Shown here: positions 22,182 to 32,459 of the stretch, one piece after another
How positions within the stretch are numbered: the first letter of the stretch is position 1
How the letters are laid out: each line of letters starts with the position of its first letter
Assembly (NCBI GenBank): GCA_963730185.1
Contig: CAVSQW010000013.1
Location: forward strand, 128,001 to 192,000
Direction: 5' to 3'
DNA: 64,000 nt
Source of the DNA: an uncultured Gemmatimonadales bacterium
GTDB lineage: Bacteria; Gemmatimonadota; Gemmatimonadetes; Gemmatimonadales; GWC2-71-9
Notes under the pieces: generated by a model
What the model saw: only the letters and a program-made list of their open reading frames with translations
What the model was told of the DNA's origin: nothing
The model's database searches: none
Program-made: the position numbers and the translations under genes

Positions 22182-24865
22182 GCCTGCTCTCGGACCTCCG
22201 GGCCCGTCTCGGATCGCTGTTTGGCCGGCGGGCCGCCGATCACGAGCTCGACGAGGAGCTTCGTTTTCACGTCGACATGGAAGCCGCGAAGTACGAGCGG
22301 ACCGGTCTCTCGCCGGCGGATGCCCGGCGGCAAGCGGTGATCCGTCTGGGACGGGTGAGCCAGACGGCCGAGGACACCCGGGACGCGCGGGGCGTTCGCT
22401 GGCTGGAGGATCTGGGGCGGGACCTCCGGCACGGCGCCCGACAGCTCCGGCGGACACCCGGCTTTACCCTGGCCGCGGTGACGACGCTCGCGCTCGGGAT
22501 CGGGGCGACGACGGCCATCTTCTCCGTCGTCAACGCCGTGCTGCTTCGCCGGGTTCCGTTCACGGCCCCGGACCGGCTGGTGGTGGTCTGGGAGACCGAC
22601 CGTCAGAGCGGCACCAGCCACGAGCCGTCGGCCTGGCCGGACTACGTCGATTTCGCTCGGCGGGTCCGGACCCTCGAGCGCGTCGTGGCCCTGGCGGGGG
22701 GCGTGGGGGCACTCTCTCCGACCGGGGAGGAGCCGGTCCGGCTCGCGGCCGTCCGGGTGACGCACGGCTACTTCGCCCTGCTCGGGGTCCAGCCGCTGGT
22801 GGGTCGAGTGTTCAGCGCCGAGGAGGATCGACCCGGTGGGCCGGCGGTGGTGCTCCTGGGCGAGGATCTCTGGCGCACCCGCTATGGGGCCGACCCGGCC
22901 GTGGTGGGGCGGACGATCCGGATCAACGAGACCGACTATCAGGTGCTTGGCGTGATGCCGGAGGCGGCCGACTTCGGTCTGGACCAGCTGCACCAGCGGG
23001 CCGACTACCACTCCGAATACGTCGCGAGCGGCCACGTGGACCTCTGGGCGCCGCTCGACGCGAGCGAGCAGCAGTTCTCCCGGGACACCCATCCGTTCCT
23101 GGTGCTCGGCCGGTTGGCGCCGGGCGCGTCGGTGGCGACCGCCCGGGACGAGCTGTCGGGGATCATGGCCGACCTGGAGACGACCTATCCCCGCTCGAAC
23201 AAGGCGCGCGGTGCCAACGTCGAGTCGCTCGATCACGTCGTCTTCGGGCCGGTCCGGCCGGTGCTCCTGCTCTTGGTCGTCGCGGTCGGACTGGTGTTGC
23301 TGGTGGCCTGCGTGAACGTCGCCAACCTGCTCCTGGCGCGGGGCGCCGTACGGGTCCAGGAGGTCGCGGTGCGGGGGGCGCTGGGTGCCGGGGCGGGCCG
23401 CTTGGGACGCCAGTTCCTGGCGGAGGCCGTGCTGCTCACCGGGATCGGAGCGGTGGGCGGGGTGGGGCTGGCCTACTTGGCCCTTCACGGCCTTGGATCG
23501 CTGGTGCCGCCCGGGTTACCGCGGGTCGACACGGTCGACATCGACCTTCGGGTCTTGCTGGTGACGCTGGCGGTGTCGATCGGGGTGGGGGTGGCCTTCG
23601 GTCTGGTGCCCACCCTGCAGGCGCGCCGGGTCGATCCGATGACCGCGATCACGGCCGAAGGACGCTCGGGCGGCGGCGGGCTCCGCCGCGCCCGCTTCCG
23701 CCAAGCGCTCGTCGTGGCGGAGCTGGCACTCTCGGTGGCCCTCGTGGTGTCCGCGGGGCTGCTGGTTCGGAGCCTCTGGACCGTGCTCCGGGTAAACCCG
23801 GGCTTCGATGTGCGCCAGGTGGTGAAGGCGGAGTACCAGCTGGCGCCGAAGCGCTATCCCACCGACTACTCGAAGTGGCCCCGCTTCTCCGAGATCCTCG
23901 ATTTCGACCAGCGGTTGCTCGATCGGGCGGGCCGGATTCCGGGCGCGACCGAAGTCGCGCTGGCCGGCGCCCAGCCGCTCGATCGTGGGTTCACCAACTC
24001 GTTCACCATCGTCGGACGCGAGGCCGAGTCGCGCGGCTGGCCGGAGATCCCGGTCCGCCAGGTGAGCCCGGGGTACTTCGCGACCATGCGGGTGCCCCTC
24101 GTGCGCGGCCGCCTCTTCACCGCGGGTGACGACGCGGACCACGCCCCCGTCGGCCTGATCAACGAAGCGGCCGTGAAGCGGTACTTCCCCGGCGCCGACC
24201 CGATCGGCCAGGAGATCCGCTATTGGGGCATCGCCCGGCGGATCGTCGGGGTGGTGGCCGACGAGCGGTTCTACGGAGTGACCGAGCCGGCGCCGCCCGC
24301 GACCTACCTTCCGGTCGGGCAGGCCCCCGGCCGCGGCGGGGTGCTGCTGGTGCGGGCCTCGGGCGACGTTCGGGCCGTGGCCGCCGATCTCCGGGCCGTG
24401 TTCCACGACGTGGATCCCGAGCTCGCCATCTACGGAGTCGAGCCCCTGGCGACCACGCTTCGGGAGTCGGTCGCCGAGCGGCGGTTCACGGCCCTGCTCC
24501 TCGGCGCGTTCGGGCTGGTGACGGTTTTGCTTGCCCTGGTCGGGATCCACGGGGTGATCGGCTACGCGACGACTCAGCGCTCCCATGAGATCGGGATCCG
24601 GGTGGCCTTGGGGGCGACCCGGGGCGACGTGACCGCGCTGGTGATGCGGAGCGGCCTCGGCCTGGCGGTCGCGGGGACCATCCTCGGCCTGGCCGGCGCG
24701 ATGGCCGGTTCGAGCCTCCTGGCCGGCTTCTTGTTCGGAGTGGGCCGCCTCGACCCGATCACCTTTCTCGTGGTGCCGGCGGTCGTCCTGCTGGCCACCG
24801 CCGTCGCGACCTGGCTGCCCGCCCGGCGCGCCGCCCGGGCCGAGCCCCTCGACTCGTTGAGATAG
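22178..24865 (+). CDS. Duplicated orphan ABC permease (ADOP family)
   Basis: ELDEELRFH prefix, [57 protein letters not shown] overlap with padR. Confidence 0.92.
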   Translation: MSLLSDLRARLGSLFGRRAADHELDEELRFHVDMEAAKYERTGLSPADARRQAVIRLGRVSQTAEDTRDARGVRWLEDLGRDLRHGARQLRRTPGFTLAAVTTLALGIGATTAIFSVVNAVLLRRVPFTAPDRLVVVWETDRQSGTSHEPSAWPDYVDFARRVRTLERVVALAGGVGALSPTGEEPVRLAAVRVTHGYFALLGVQPLVGRVFSAEEDRPGGPAVVLLGEDLWRTRYGADPAVVGRTIRINETDYQVLGVMPEAADFGLDQLHQRADYHSEYVASGHVDLWAPLDASEQQFSRDTHPFLVLGRLAPGASVATARDELSGIMADLETTYPRSNKARGANVESLDHVVFGPVRPVLLLLVVAVGLVLLVACVNVANLLLARGAVRVQEVAVRGALGAGAGRLGRQFLAEAVLLTGIGAVGGVGLAYLALHGLGSLVPPGLPRVDTVDIDLRVLLVTLAVSIGVGVAFGLVPTLQARRVDPMTAITAEGRSGGGGLRRARFRQALVVAELALSVALVVSAGLLVRSLWTVLRVNPGFDVRQVVKAEYQLAPKRYPTDYSKWPRFSEILDFDQRLLDRAGRIPGATEVALAGAQPLDRGFTNSFTIVGREAESRGWPEIPVRQVSPGYFATMRVPLVRGRLFTAGDDADHAPVGLINEAAVKRYFPGADPIGQEIRYWGIARRIVGVVADERFYGVTEPAPPATYLPVGQAPGRGGVLLVRASGDVRAVAADLRAVFHDVDPELAIYGVEPLATTLRESVAERRFTALLLGAFGLVTVLLALVGIHGVIGYATTQRSHEIGIRVALGATRGDVTALVMRSGLGLAVAGTILGLAGAMAGSSLLAGFLFGVGRLDPITFLVVPAVVLLATAVATWLPARRAARAEPLDSLR

Positions 24866-25026
24866 TGACTAGGGAGTAGTGACTGGGGAGTAGGGAGGGA
24901 GCAATGAGTCGGGAGCGGGGTGGCGTTGCCGGCCCAACTCCCCCTATCTCCCGCTCCCTCCCCTACTCCCTATCCCCTACTCCCTCCCTACTCCCTACTC
25001 CCTATTCACGAATCACAACTCCCTAC
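24863..25026. repeat. Heptamer tandem/inverted repeat array (TAGGGAG arm, then CTCCCTA arm)
   Basis: TAGTGAC TAGGGAG TAGTGAC TGGGGAG TAGGGAG ... CCCTACT CCCTACT CCCTATT. Confidence 0.8.
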
Positions 25027-25070
25027 AATACCTTTCGAGGTCCGCCGTCGGAGGTCGCATTCTGAGGGTC

Positions 25071-26090
25071 ATGCTTCTTTCCCGGCTCGGGTCCTTCGAC
25101 GAGCGGCCTGAGCCGCTCGAGCTTGCCGAGCGCCCCGACCCCGAGCCGGGTCCGGGCGAGGTGGTGGTCCGAGTTACCGCCTGCGGGGTCTGCCACACCG
25201 ATCTGGACATCATCGAGGGCCGGACGGCGCCACCGGCGCTTCCGGTTGTGCTCGGCCATCAAGTGGTCGGGTGGGTGGAGCGACTGGGGGCGGGGGCGCG
25301 GGGGCTGGACGTCGGCGACCGGGTCGGCGTAGCGTGGATTGCCGGCGCCTGCGGTCGATGCGACTGGTGCGCCCGGGGGCTCGAGAACCTCTGCCCCGAG
25401 TTCCAGGCCACCGGGCGAGACGTCGACGGTGGCTATGCCGAGCGGGTGGTGGTCGCGGCGGACTTCGCGCACCCGTTGGCCGCCTCGCTCGACGACGTCC
25501 GGACCGCGCCGTTGCTCTGCGCCGGAGCGATCGGGTATCGCTCGCTGTCGCTGACCCGGCTCGAGAACGGCCAGCCCCTTGGCCTCACCGGCTTCGGGGC
25601 CTCAGGGCACCTGGTCCTCAAGCTGGTGCGGGCGCGGTTCCCCGCCAGCGAGGTCTATGTGTTTGCCCGGAGCGAGGTGGAGCGCGATTTCGCGCGCTCG
25701 TTGGGGGCGGTCTGGGCCGGGGCCATCGGCGAGCGGCCACCCCGCCGGCTCCGGGCGGTGGTCGACACCACCCCGGTCTGGCGGCCGGTGGTCGAGGCGC
25801 TCCGGACCCTGGAGCCGGGCGGCCGGTTGGTGATCAACGCGATCCGCAAGGTCGACGCCGATCGGGGCGTGTTGGCCGAGATCGATTACGCCGAGGATCT
25901 CTGGATGGAGAAGGAGATCAAGAGCGTTGCCAACGTGACCCGGGCCGACGTGCGGGAATTCCTGGCCCTGGCGGCGGAGCTCGAGCTCCAGCCCGAGGTC
26001 GAGACCTTTCCCCTGACCGACGCCAATCGCGCCCTGCGCGCCATCCGGGAGGGCGGGCAGCGAGGCGCGAAAGTGCTGGTGGTGACGTAG
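25071..26090 (+). CDS. Zinc-dependent alcohol dehydrogenase family protein
   Basis: CGVCHTD, GHQVVG, C..C..C...ENLC, APLLCAGAIGYR, GFGASG. Confidence 0.92.
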   Translation: MLLSRLGSFDERPEPLELAERPDPEPGPGEVVVRVTACGVCHTDLDIIEGRTAPPALPVVLGHQVVGWVERLGAGARGLDVGDRVGVAWIAGACGRCDWCARGLENLCPEFQATGRDVDGGYAERVVVAADFAHPLAASLDDVRTAPLLCAGAIGYRSLSLTRLENGQPLGLTGFGASGHLVLKLVRARFPASEVYVFARSEVERDFARSLGAVWAGAIGERPPRRLRAVVDTTPVWRPVVEALRTLEPGGRLVINAIRKVDADRGVLAEIDYAEDLWMEKEIKSVANVTRADVREFLALAAELELQPEVETFPLTDANRALRAIREGGQRGAKVLVVT

Positions 26091-26097
26091 GCGCGGC

Positions 26098-27687
26098 TCA
26101 GTGCCCGGCGGCTCCGGAGCCTCGGAGCCGGCCGGTCTTGAAGAGCAGCAGCAGCGGGATCGCGATCAGGAACACCCCACCCATCAGCAGGAAGACCCGG
26201 TCGAACGCGATGACCGCGGCCTGCTTCCGGACCAGGTAGTCGAGCGCCGCCCAGGCCCGAGCGGAGGCCTGCTCGGCCGAAGCGCTCACCGCCATGAATT
26301 TCCGGGTCAGGCCCTCGATCCGCGCCATGGTGGCCGGCTCGGCGGGGTTGAGGTGGGTCCGAAGGCCTTCCCGGGCGTGCTCGGTGTACCGGGTCACGAC
26401 GGTCGCGATGGCCGCGATCCCGAAGCTGCCGCCGAGCTGCCGCGCCAGCGAGTACAAGCCGGTGCCCTGGCCATACTGCGCCGGGCGGAGATCGGCGATC
26501 GCCGCGGCCGTGAGGGGCGGGAAGATCATTCCCAGGCCGATGCCGCGGAGAATGAGCGGGAAGGTGATGTCGGCGGCCCCGACCTCGGACGTGAACCGGG
26601 AGTGGAGGAGCATCGCCACGAAGAAGATGCCGATCCCCAGCGCGATCAGGCCGCGAACGTCGACGTTGTTGTTGATCCGGCCCATCGCCGCCATGGTCAC
26701 GGCGCTGGCCAGGGCGCCCGGCAGCATGATCCAGCCGGTCTCCGCCGGACCCAGGCCCACCACGTTCTGGACGAAGACGGGCAGGGCGAACACGCTGGCA
26801 TAGAGGGCGAACCCGAGCGCCGCGCCGAAGACCATCCCCGCCGCGAGCTGCCGGTTCTTGAGGATCCGGAGATCCACGATCGGATGCTCGGTGGTGAGCT
26901 CGTGCCAGATGAAGGCGATCACCCCGAACGCCGCGAGGGCGGCTTCGACCCGGATCTCGGTGGACTGGAACCAGTCGTGCGCGCCCCCCCGTTCGAGCAG
27001 CACCTGGAGCGAGCCGATGCCCAGCGCCAGCAGGGCCACCCCGGGCCAGTCGATGGAGCTGGACCGGTGGAGCTTGGACTCGGGCTCGGGGACCAGCCGC
27101 CAGCAGAGCGAGCCGGCCAGGATCCCGATCGGGAGGTTGATGTAGAAGATCCAGGGCCAGGAGTAGTTCTCGGTGATCCACCCGCCCAAGGTCGGGCCCA
27201 GGGCCGGACCGACCATGACGCTGATCCCGAAGATGGCCATCCCGATGGCCCGTTCGTCGGGCGGAAAGACGTCGAAGATGATCGCCTGCGCGGTGGAGAT
27301 CAGGGCGCCCCCGCCCACCCCCTGCACGACCCGCCAGAAGACCAGCCCCTCGAGGGTGGAGGCCTGGCCGCAGAGGTAGGACGCGACCGTGAAGAGCGCG
27401 ATCGAGCCCACGTAGTAGTTCCGTCGCCCGAATCGATCGGCCAGCCAGCTGGTAAGCGGCAGGACGATCACGTTGGCCACGATGTAGCCGGTGGAGACCC
27501 AGGAGATCTCTTCCAGCGTGGCGCCGAGGTTCCCCATCATGGTGGGGAGGGCCACGTTGACGATGCTGGTGTCGACCAGCTCGAGCACGCTGGCGAGCGC
27601 CACCGCGAACGAGATCAGGTAGCGGGCGCGGTAGATCTCCGACCGCGCGAGCGGCGGCCGCGCGGCGGGCAGGGCGATCGAGGTCAC
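26098..27687 (-). CDS. DHA2-family MFS efflux permease (EmrB-like)
   Basis: DTSIVNVALP, LADRFGRR, GPALGPTLGGWITENYSWPWIFYINLP, RQLGGSFG. Confidence 0.93.
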   Translation of the reverse strand: MTSIALPAARPPLARSEIYRARYLISFAVALASVLELVDTSIVNVALPTMMGNLGATLEEISWVSTGYIVANVIVLPLTSWLADRFGRRNYYVGSIALFTVASYLCGQASTLEGLVFWRVVQGVGGGALISTAQAIIFDVFPPDERAIGMAIFGISVMVGPALGPTLGGWITENYSWPWIFYINLPIGILAGSLCWRLVPEPESKLHRSSSIDWPGVALLALGIGSLQVLLERGGAHDWFQSTEIRVEAALAAFGVIAFIWHELTTEHPIVDLRILKNRQLAAGMVFGAALGFALYASVFALPVFVQNVVGLGPAETGWIMLPGALASAVTMAAMGRINNNVDVRGLIALGIGIFFVAMLLHSRFTSEVGAADITFPLILRGIGLGMIFPPLTAAAIADLRPAQYGQGTGLYSLARQLGGSFGIAAIATVVTRYTEHAREGLRTHLNPAEPATMARIEGLTRKFMAVSASAEQASARAWAALDYLVRKQAAVIAFDRVFLLMGGVFLIAIPLLLLFKTGRLRGSGAAGH

Positions 27688-27694
27688 GCCGGGC

Positions 27695-28804
27695 TCAGTT
27701 GGTGACGATGCTCACGTCGACCGACATCCCCGGTCGGAGCGGGTGGGCCTCGTCCTGACCCGGGTCGACCGCGATCCGGACCGGGACCCGCTGCACCACC
27801 TTGGTGAAGTTGCCGGTCGCGTTGTCCGGCGGGAGCAGGGCGAACCGGGCTCCGGTGGCCGGGCTCACGCTCTCGACCGTTCCGTGGAAGGTGGCGCCCG
27901 GGTAGGCGTCGACCGAGAATTCGACCGGGGCGCCGATCGAGACGCGGGCCAGCTCGGTTTCCTTCAGATTGGCGGTGACCCAGACCTGCTCGTCCGGCAC
28001 GATCGACAGCAGACTCTGGCCGACCTGCACGAGCGTCCCCGGCTCGACCGCGCGCTCGGCGACCACGCCGGACGCCGACGCGAGAATCACGGTGTACCCG
28101 AGCTGGAGCCGGGCGTTCTCGACCTGGGCCTTGGCCGCGCTGAGCCGGGCATTGGCCACCCGGACGCCCGCTTGGGCAGCCTTGCTCTGGCTCGACGCCG
28201 CGGCGGCCTGCCCCTGCGCGGCCTCGAGGCCGGCCTTGGCGCTCTCCACCGCCCACGTGGCCTGATCGAGCTGCTGGGGCGGGATGATCTTCCGATCGGC
28301 GAGGCTCTGATAGCGCTTGAGATCGCTCTCGGCCTTGGCCAGGGCGGCCCGGGCCGCCGTCACCTCGGCCGCGGCCGAGCCGGCCTGGGCGACGCGGCTG
28401 GCCGCCTCGGCGTTGGCCTGGCCCGCCTGTCCGCCCCGGCCCACCTGGGCCTGGACGCTGGCCAGGTCGGCCTCGGCCTGATCCAGCCGGACCCGGAAGT
28501 CGCGATCGTCGAGCACGACCAGGGTGTCGCCGGCCTTCACATGCTGATTGTCGTCGATCAGCACCCGGGCGACGAAGCCCTGGACCCGGGGCGACACGGC
28601 CGTGATGTGGCCGTCGATCTGGGCGTTGTCGGTCGTCACGTGATGCCGGGCGAACTGGAAGCGCCGCCACCCGTAGATCCCCCCGGCGACGACGATCGCC
28701 GCCACCACCAGGATCGGCACGAGCGAGCGCCGCTTGGCGGACGCGCCGGCGACGGGCATCTCTCCAGAGACTGCGGTCATGGTCCCACTCTCCTCACGGC
28801 TCAC
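27695..28804 (-). CDS. HlyD/EmrA-family membrane fusion protein
   Basis: TTDNAQI, WVTANLKET, PATGARFALLPPDNATGNFTKVVQRVPVRI. Confidence 0.93.
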   Translation of the reverse strand: MSREESGTMTAVSGEMPVAGASAKRRSLVPILVVAAIVVAGGIYGWRRFQFARHHVTTDNAQIDGHITAVSPRVQGFVARVLIDDNQHVKAGDTLVVLDDRDFRVRLDQAEADLASVQAQVGRGGQAGQANAEAASRVAQAGSAAAEVTAARAALAKAESDLKRYQSLADRKIIPPQQLDQATWAVESAKAGLEAAQGQAAAASSQSKAAQAGVRVANARLSAAKAQVENARLQLGYTVILASASGVVAERAVEPGTLVQVGQSLLSIVPDEQVWVTANLKETELARVSIGAPVEFSVDAYPGATFHGTVESVSPATGARFALLPPDNATGNFTKVVQRVPVRIAVDPGQDEAHPLRPGMSVDVSIVTN

Positions 28805-30090
28805 GGTAGCTGCTCGAGAATCCCCAACGCCCGGTACGCGGCGACCCGCGCGATGGCGAGGCCCACCCGGGCCTGGATCACTTGGTCGCGCGCGGCCACC
28901 AGCCCGGTCTGCGCGTTGGTCGTTTCGATGCTCCCGGCCACGCCGGCCCGGAAGCGCTCTTCGGCCTGGTCCAGCTCCTGCTCGGCCAAGCGCCGGCGCT
29001 CGCCGGCCAGGCTCACTTGCTCGGTCGCGGTCGCCAGGTCGAGCAGCGCCTGCCGCGCGTCGGCATTGACCCGGCGTTCCAGGTCCTGGAGCTTGATCCG
29101 CTCGGCTTCGATCTTGAGACTCTGCTCCTCGATCCGGCGCTCGCGATGGAGCCCGTCGAAGATCGGAATGGCGAGGCCCAGCTGGGCGAAGTAGCTGCCC
29201 GCCAGCGTCCCGGTGGCCTGACCGCTCTCGGTGTAGTACCCGCTCGCCACCAGGCTGGGCAGTCGCTCGGCCTTGATCGCCCGCCGCGAGCCCTCGAGCA
29301 CCCCCAGCCGCTGGCGTTCGGCCGCCAGCTCCGGCCGGTGGAGGAGGGCGAACGCCACCGCCGCGTCGGGGTCCCGGGGGATCGCGTCGGCCGCGGTGTC
29401 GGGGAGGCCGGCCAGCGTCAGGGTGGTGTCGGGCGGGAGATCGAGGGCGCGGGCCAGATCGAGCCGGGTCTTCTCACGGGCGTTCCGGGCCTGGCTCAGC
29501 TGGCTCCGGATCACGGCGGCATTGACCTCGTTCCGGGTCAGGTCGATCGCCGCCGTGAGTCCCGCCTGATTGAGCTGGCGGGCCTGATCCAGGAGCCGGA
29601 TGGCGATCACGCTGTCGGCCTCGCGGGCCCGCACCGTCTCCTCGGCGCTCAGGGCGCGGAGGAACGCGATCCCGGCGGTGGTCCCGGCCAGAACGCCGGC
29701 CGTCTGGGTGTCATAGCCCGCGGCCACGACCGAGTCCTTGGCGGTCCGGAGCCGGGTGAAGGCGGCCCAGTCGAACAGGGTCTGCGACGCCCGAAGCTGG
29801 AACGAGAACAGGGAGAACGGGTCGGTCACCCCGGTGGCGAACGGGAGGCCGAACTCATCGAGGTTGAGGGTCCGGCGGTTGACGGCGCCGTCGAAGGAGA
29901 CGGTGGGCAGGAGGCTTGCCCGCCGCTCCCCCACCCGCACCTGCGCGACCCGGGCGTCGATCCGCGCCAGGCTCGCGGCCACCCCGCGCTCGCGACCCAG
30001 CGCGATTGCGCGGGTCAGGTTCAGGGTGTCGGCGGGCGCCTGAGCCGTCGGGGCCAGGGTCGCGAGGGTGAGCAGCAAGGTCAGGGTCAC
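28801..30090 (-). CDS. TolC-family outer membrane efflux protein
   Basis: Signal peptide, two OEP repeats (LLPTVS.../RLPSL...IPIFDG, ERFRAG), operon context. Confidence 0.88.
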   Translation of the reverse strand: MTLTLLLTLATLAPTAQAPADTLNLTRAIALGRERGVAASLARIDARVAQVRVGERRASLLPTVSFDGAVNRRTLNLDEFGLPFATGVTDPFSLFSFQLRASQTLFDWAAFTRLRTAKDSVVAAGYDTQTAGVLAGTTAGIAFLRALSAEETVRAREADSVIAIRLLDQARQLNQAGLTAAIDLTRNEVNAAVIRSQLSQARNAREKTRLDLARALDLPPDTTLTLAGLPDTAADAIPRDPDAAVAFALLHRPELAAERQRLGVLEGSRRAIKAERLPSLVASGYYTESGQATGTLAGSYFAQLGLAIPIFDGLHRERRIEEQSLKIEAERIKLQDLERRVNADARQALLDLATATEQVSLAGERRRLAEQELDQAEERFRAGVAGSIETTNAQTGLVAARDQVIQARVGLAIARVAAYRALGILEQLP

Positions 30091-30106
30091 GAAAACGGTC
30101 CTTGGG

Positions 30107-30760
30107 TCAGGCGGCCGCGGCCGTATTGGGGCGGGCCAACCCGTTGGTGACGAAGTCGAGAATCCCGTCGAGGACCTGGTCGTCCGTCAATGCCTGCGGG
30201 TCCACGCCGGCAAAGAAGCGCTGGTGCATCGCCCCGTGAACCAGGAGCGACGAGATGGCTCGGCAGAAGAAGTCGGGATTCACCCGCCGGAACTCGCCCT
30301 GGGCGACGCCCCGCTCCAGGATGGTCCGCACCAGGCGCCGAATCGGGAGGATCACCTCGTCGAAGTAGAACCGGGCCAGGTCCGGGAAGTTGCTGATCTC
30401 CGAGTGCACCAGCCGGACGATCCGCGCCATTTCCGGGGTCCGGACCGTGTCCCACATCTTGGTCATGATGCCGATCAGCTCCCGGCGAGCCGACTCCTCC
30501 CTCGGCTCGGCACCCGCCTCGTCGGCGGCGAACGAGCGCACGACCCGGCTCCGCACCATCTCCCGGAACAGCGCCTCCTTGTTCTCGAAGTAGAGGTAGA
30601 CGGTGCCCTTGCTCACCCCGGCTCGCCGGGCCACGTCGCAGAGGTTGGCCTTGGCGAAGCCCATCTCCCCGAAAACCGAGACCGCGGCGTCGATGATCTC
30701 GTCGGGGCGGTCGTCGGGCCGGCGGTGCCAGCGAGGAGTGCGAGGGGCATGTCGGGACAC
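30107..30760 (-). CDS. TetR/AcrR-family regulator of the efflux operon
   Basis: EIIDAA..VFGEMGF, VARRAGVSKGTVYLYFENKEALF. Confidence 0.9.
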   Translation of the reverse strand: MSRHAPRTPRWHRRPDDRPDEIIDAAVSVFGEMGFAKANLCDVARRAGVSKGTVYLYFENKEALFREMVRSRVVRSFAADEAGAEPREESARRELIGIMTKMWDTVRTPEMARIVRLVHSEISNFPDLARFYFDEVILPIRRLVRTILERGVAQGEFRRVNPDFFCRAISSLLVHGAMHQRFFAGVDPQALTDDQVLDGILDFVTNGLARPNTAAAA

Positions 30761-30777
30761 GGGCTGCTCCCAGTTAA

Positions 30778-30832
30778 TGACCGGGAAGTAAGATAAAGAA
30801 TCCCTGGAAGAGTACAAGTGACCAGGTAGTCA
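30778..30832 (-). promoter_or_regulatory. Efflux operon promoter flanked by two TetR-type boxes
   Basis: Minus-strand TTGTAC-16 bp-TATCTT. Boxes TGACCGGGAAGTAA (30778) and TGACCAGGTAGTCA (30819). Confidence 0.5.
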
Positions 30833-30837
30833 GTTGC

Positions 30838-30936
30838 GGAGAGTGACGGTGGGGGGAGGACGGGTGGGAGCGTGGGGGATGCGGGGGGATGAGGAGAGAC
30901 GGGGTGGGGACGGGGGAGGCAGCGGGGGATCGAGGG
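30838..30936. repeat. G-rich low-complexity intergenic tract
   Basis: Many GGG(G) runs with loose 8-9-nt periodicity, e.g. GGGGGATGC GGGGGGATG. Confidence 0.5.
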
Positions 30937-31221
30937 TCAGACCAGGGCCCGTCTCGCCTCCTCCGGCCCGACGCCACTGACCTCGACCACTTTGCGGCGG
31001 CCCGACTCGCCCTGGACGATCCGGACGGCGGAGGTGGGGACGCTCAGTGCGTCCGCGAGGAAGCGGCGGAGGGTCTCGTTGGCGGCGCCGTCGACCGGGG
31101 GGGCGGTGATCCGGACCTTCAGCGCCTCGCCGTGGAGGCCGGCCACCTCGGTGCGCGAGGCGCGGGGTTGGACGTGGACGAGGATGCGACAGCCGGCCGG
31201 GGCCGGCGTGAAGGGCGTCAC
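30937..31221 (-). CDS. yggU: DUF167/YggU-family protein
   Basis: VHVQPRASRTEV, LKVRITAPPVDGAAN, GESGRRK. Confidence 0.88.
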   Translation of the reverse strand: MTPFTPAPAGCRILVHVQPRASRTEVAGLHGEALKVRITAPPVDGAANETLRRFLADALSVPTSAVRIVQGESGRRKVVEVSGVGPEEARRALV

Positions 31222-31799
31222 CGCAGGGCCGTGGCCAGGAGCGAGCGTCCGAGGTAGAGCAGGAGGTAGGCGACGAGCGGACTCCAATCGAACCGCCCGG
31301 CGGGTGGAAGCAGCTTCCGGATCGGCTCGATCAACCAGTCCGTGAGGGTGTAGGCGGGGCGCACCCACCGATTGTACCGGGTCAGTCCGAACCACGGCGA
31401 GAAAACACGCACGATCAGCGCGAGCATCAGGAGCCCTAAGGCCCAGTCCAGCGCGACGCGGAGCCAGACGGTGGGCGGGGAGCTGGCCAGCTGGGCCAGT
31501 CCGTATCCGAACCCGATGAGCCAGCGGGTGACGCTGATGAGAAGCAGGCCGCCGGCGACCGCGAGGCCGAGCAGCCAGAGGCTGGCGTCCTGCGGGTTGC
31601 CGCCCCGCCGGGCGAGGCGATTCTCGATCGGCCGGAGCATCCTGTCGCTCGCCGAACGGATTCCGCGGAACCAGGGGTTCTTGGCGCCGAGCCGGCCGGA
31701 CCGGGCGGCCCAGTAGGTTCCGGCGACCGTGCCCGCGAACACCACGCTCGCGAACGCAACCGCCCGAACGACCAGGTCGATCGCGCCGACGACTTCCAT
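31218..31799 (-). CDS. yggT: YggT-family membrane protein
   Basis: LTDWLIEPIRKLLPP.GRFDWSPLVA, adjacent to yggU. Confidence 0.85.
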   Translation of the reverse strand: MEVVGAIDLVVRAVAFASVVFAGTVAGTYWAARSGRLGAKNPWFRGIRSASDRMLRPIENRLARRGGNPQDASLWLLGLAVAGGLLLISVTRWLIGFGYGLAQLASSPPTVWLRVALDWALGLLMLALIVRVFSPWFGLTRYNRWVRPAYTLTDWLIEPIRKLLPPAGRFDWSPLVAYLLLYLGRSLLATALR

Positions 31800-31803
31800 G
31801 CGG

Positions 31804-32076
31804 CTAGTCGCCGCTGCAGGTCACCGAGGTCGGCTCGATCCGGCCGCAGGCGATGGTCTGGTCCATCCCGCTGGCGACGGGACCGCAGGCCGTCGTTTGG
31901 GCCGCCTGGGTGGCGGCCTTGCGGTCCTGCCCCGAGGCCTTGGCGCAACGGTTGGCACCGTTGAAGGTGACGCAGACCTCGCAGGTAACCTGCTGCGAGC
32001 GAATCGTGGAGAACAGCAACAGCGCCACGAACGCCGCGGCGATGACCCAGAACACGGTGGAGCGGTTGATCTTCAT
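31804..32076 (-). CDS. Small membrane-anchored six-Cys protein
   Basis: N-terminal TM segment, CEVC plus four further Cys, co-oriented with yggT. Confidence 0.7.
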   Translation of the reverse strand: MKINRSTVFWVIAAAFVALLLFSTIRSQQVTCEVCVTFNGANRCAKASGQDRKAATQAAQTTACGPVASGMDQTIACGRIEPTSVTCSGD

Positions 32077-32188
32077 GGCGGAAAGATAGAGCCGTTGGCG
32101 GCCTGGTGGCATCCCGGGGCAGGTCCCCGTTCAGGCGCCCCGCCGCGGCGTTGGCCTCGCTCGGGTTCCGGCGGCGGACGGGCCGATC

Positions 32189-32365
32189 CTAGAACTCGCG
32201 GCGCTTCATCTCCTTGAACAGGCGCCGGGTTTCGGCATCCTCGGACGGATTCCGGTGCTGCAGGGTGTCGTCGTACTGGACCGACCGGTCCCGCTTGGGC
32301 GGGGCCGGCTTGCCGGCGTGCTTCTTGACCAGGGCCGCGATCCGCTTCTCGTCTTGCTTCGACAT
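32189..32365 (-). CDS. 58-aa basic small protein (not in the ORF track)
   Basis: MSKQDEKRIAALVKKHAGK...RRLFKEMKRREF-TAG, GGAG 5 nt before ATG, strongly GC3 codons. Confidence 0.7.
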   Translation of the reverse strand: MSKQDEKRIAALVKKHAGKPAPPKRDRSVQYDDTLQHRNPSEDAETRRLFKEMKRREF

Positions 32366-32459
32366 GGATGCTCCGGTTGGGGGGCAGTAGCCGTCGCCGT
32401 AAAATAGCTGGGCTGGGGCCCGGACGGTGGTGGGGCCGGTGGCTGCCCGGGCCGGTCGG

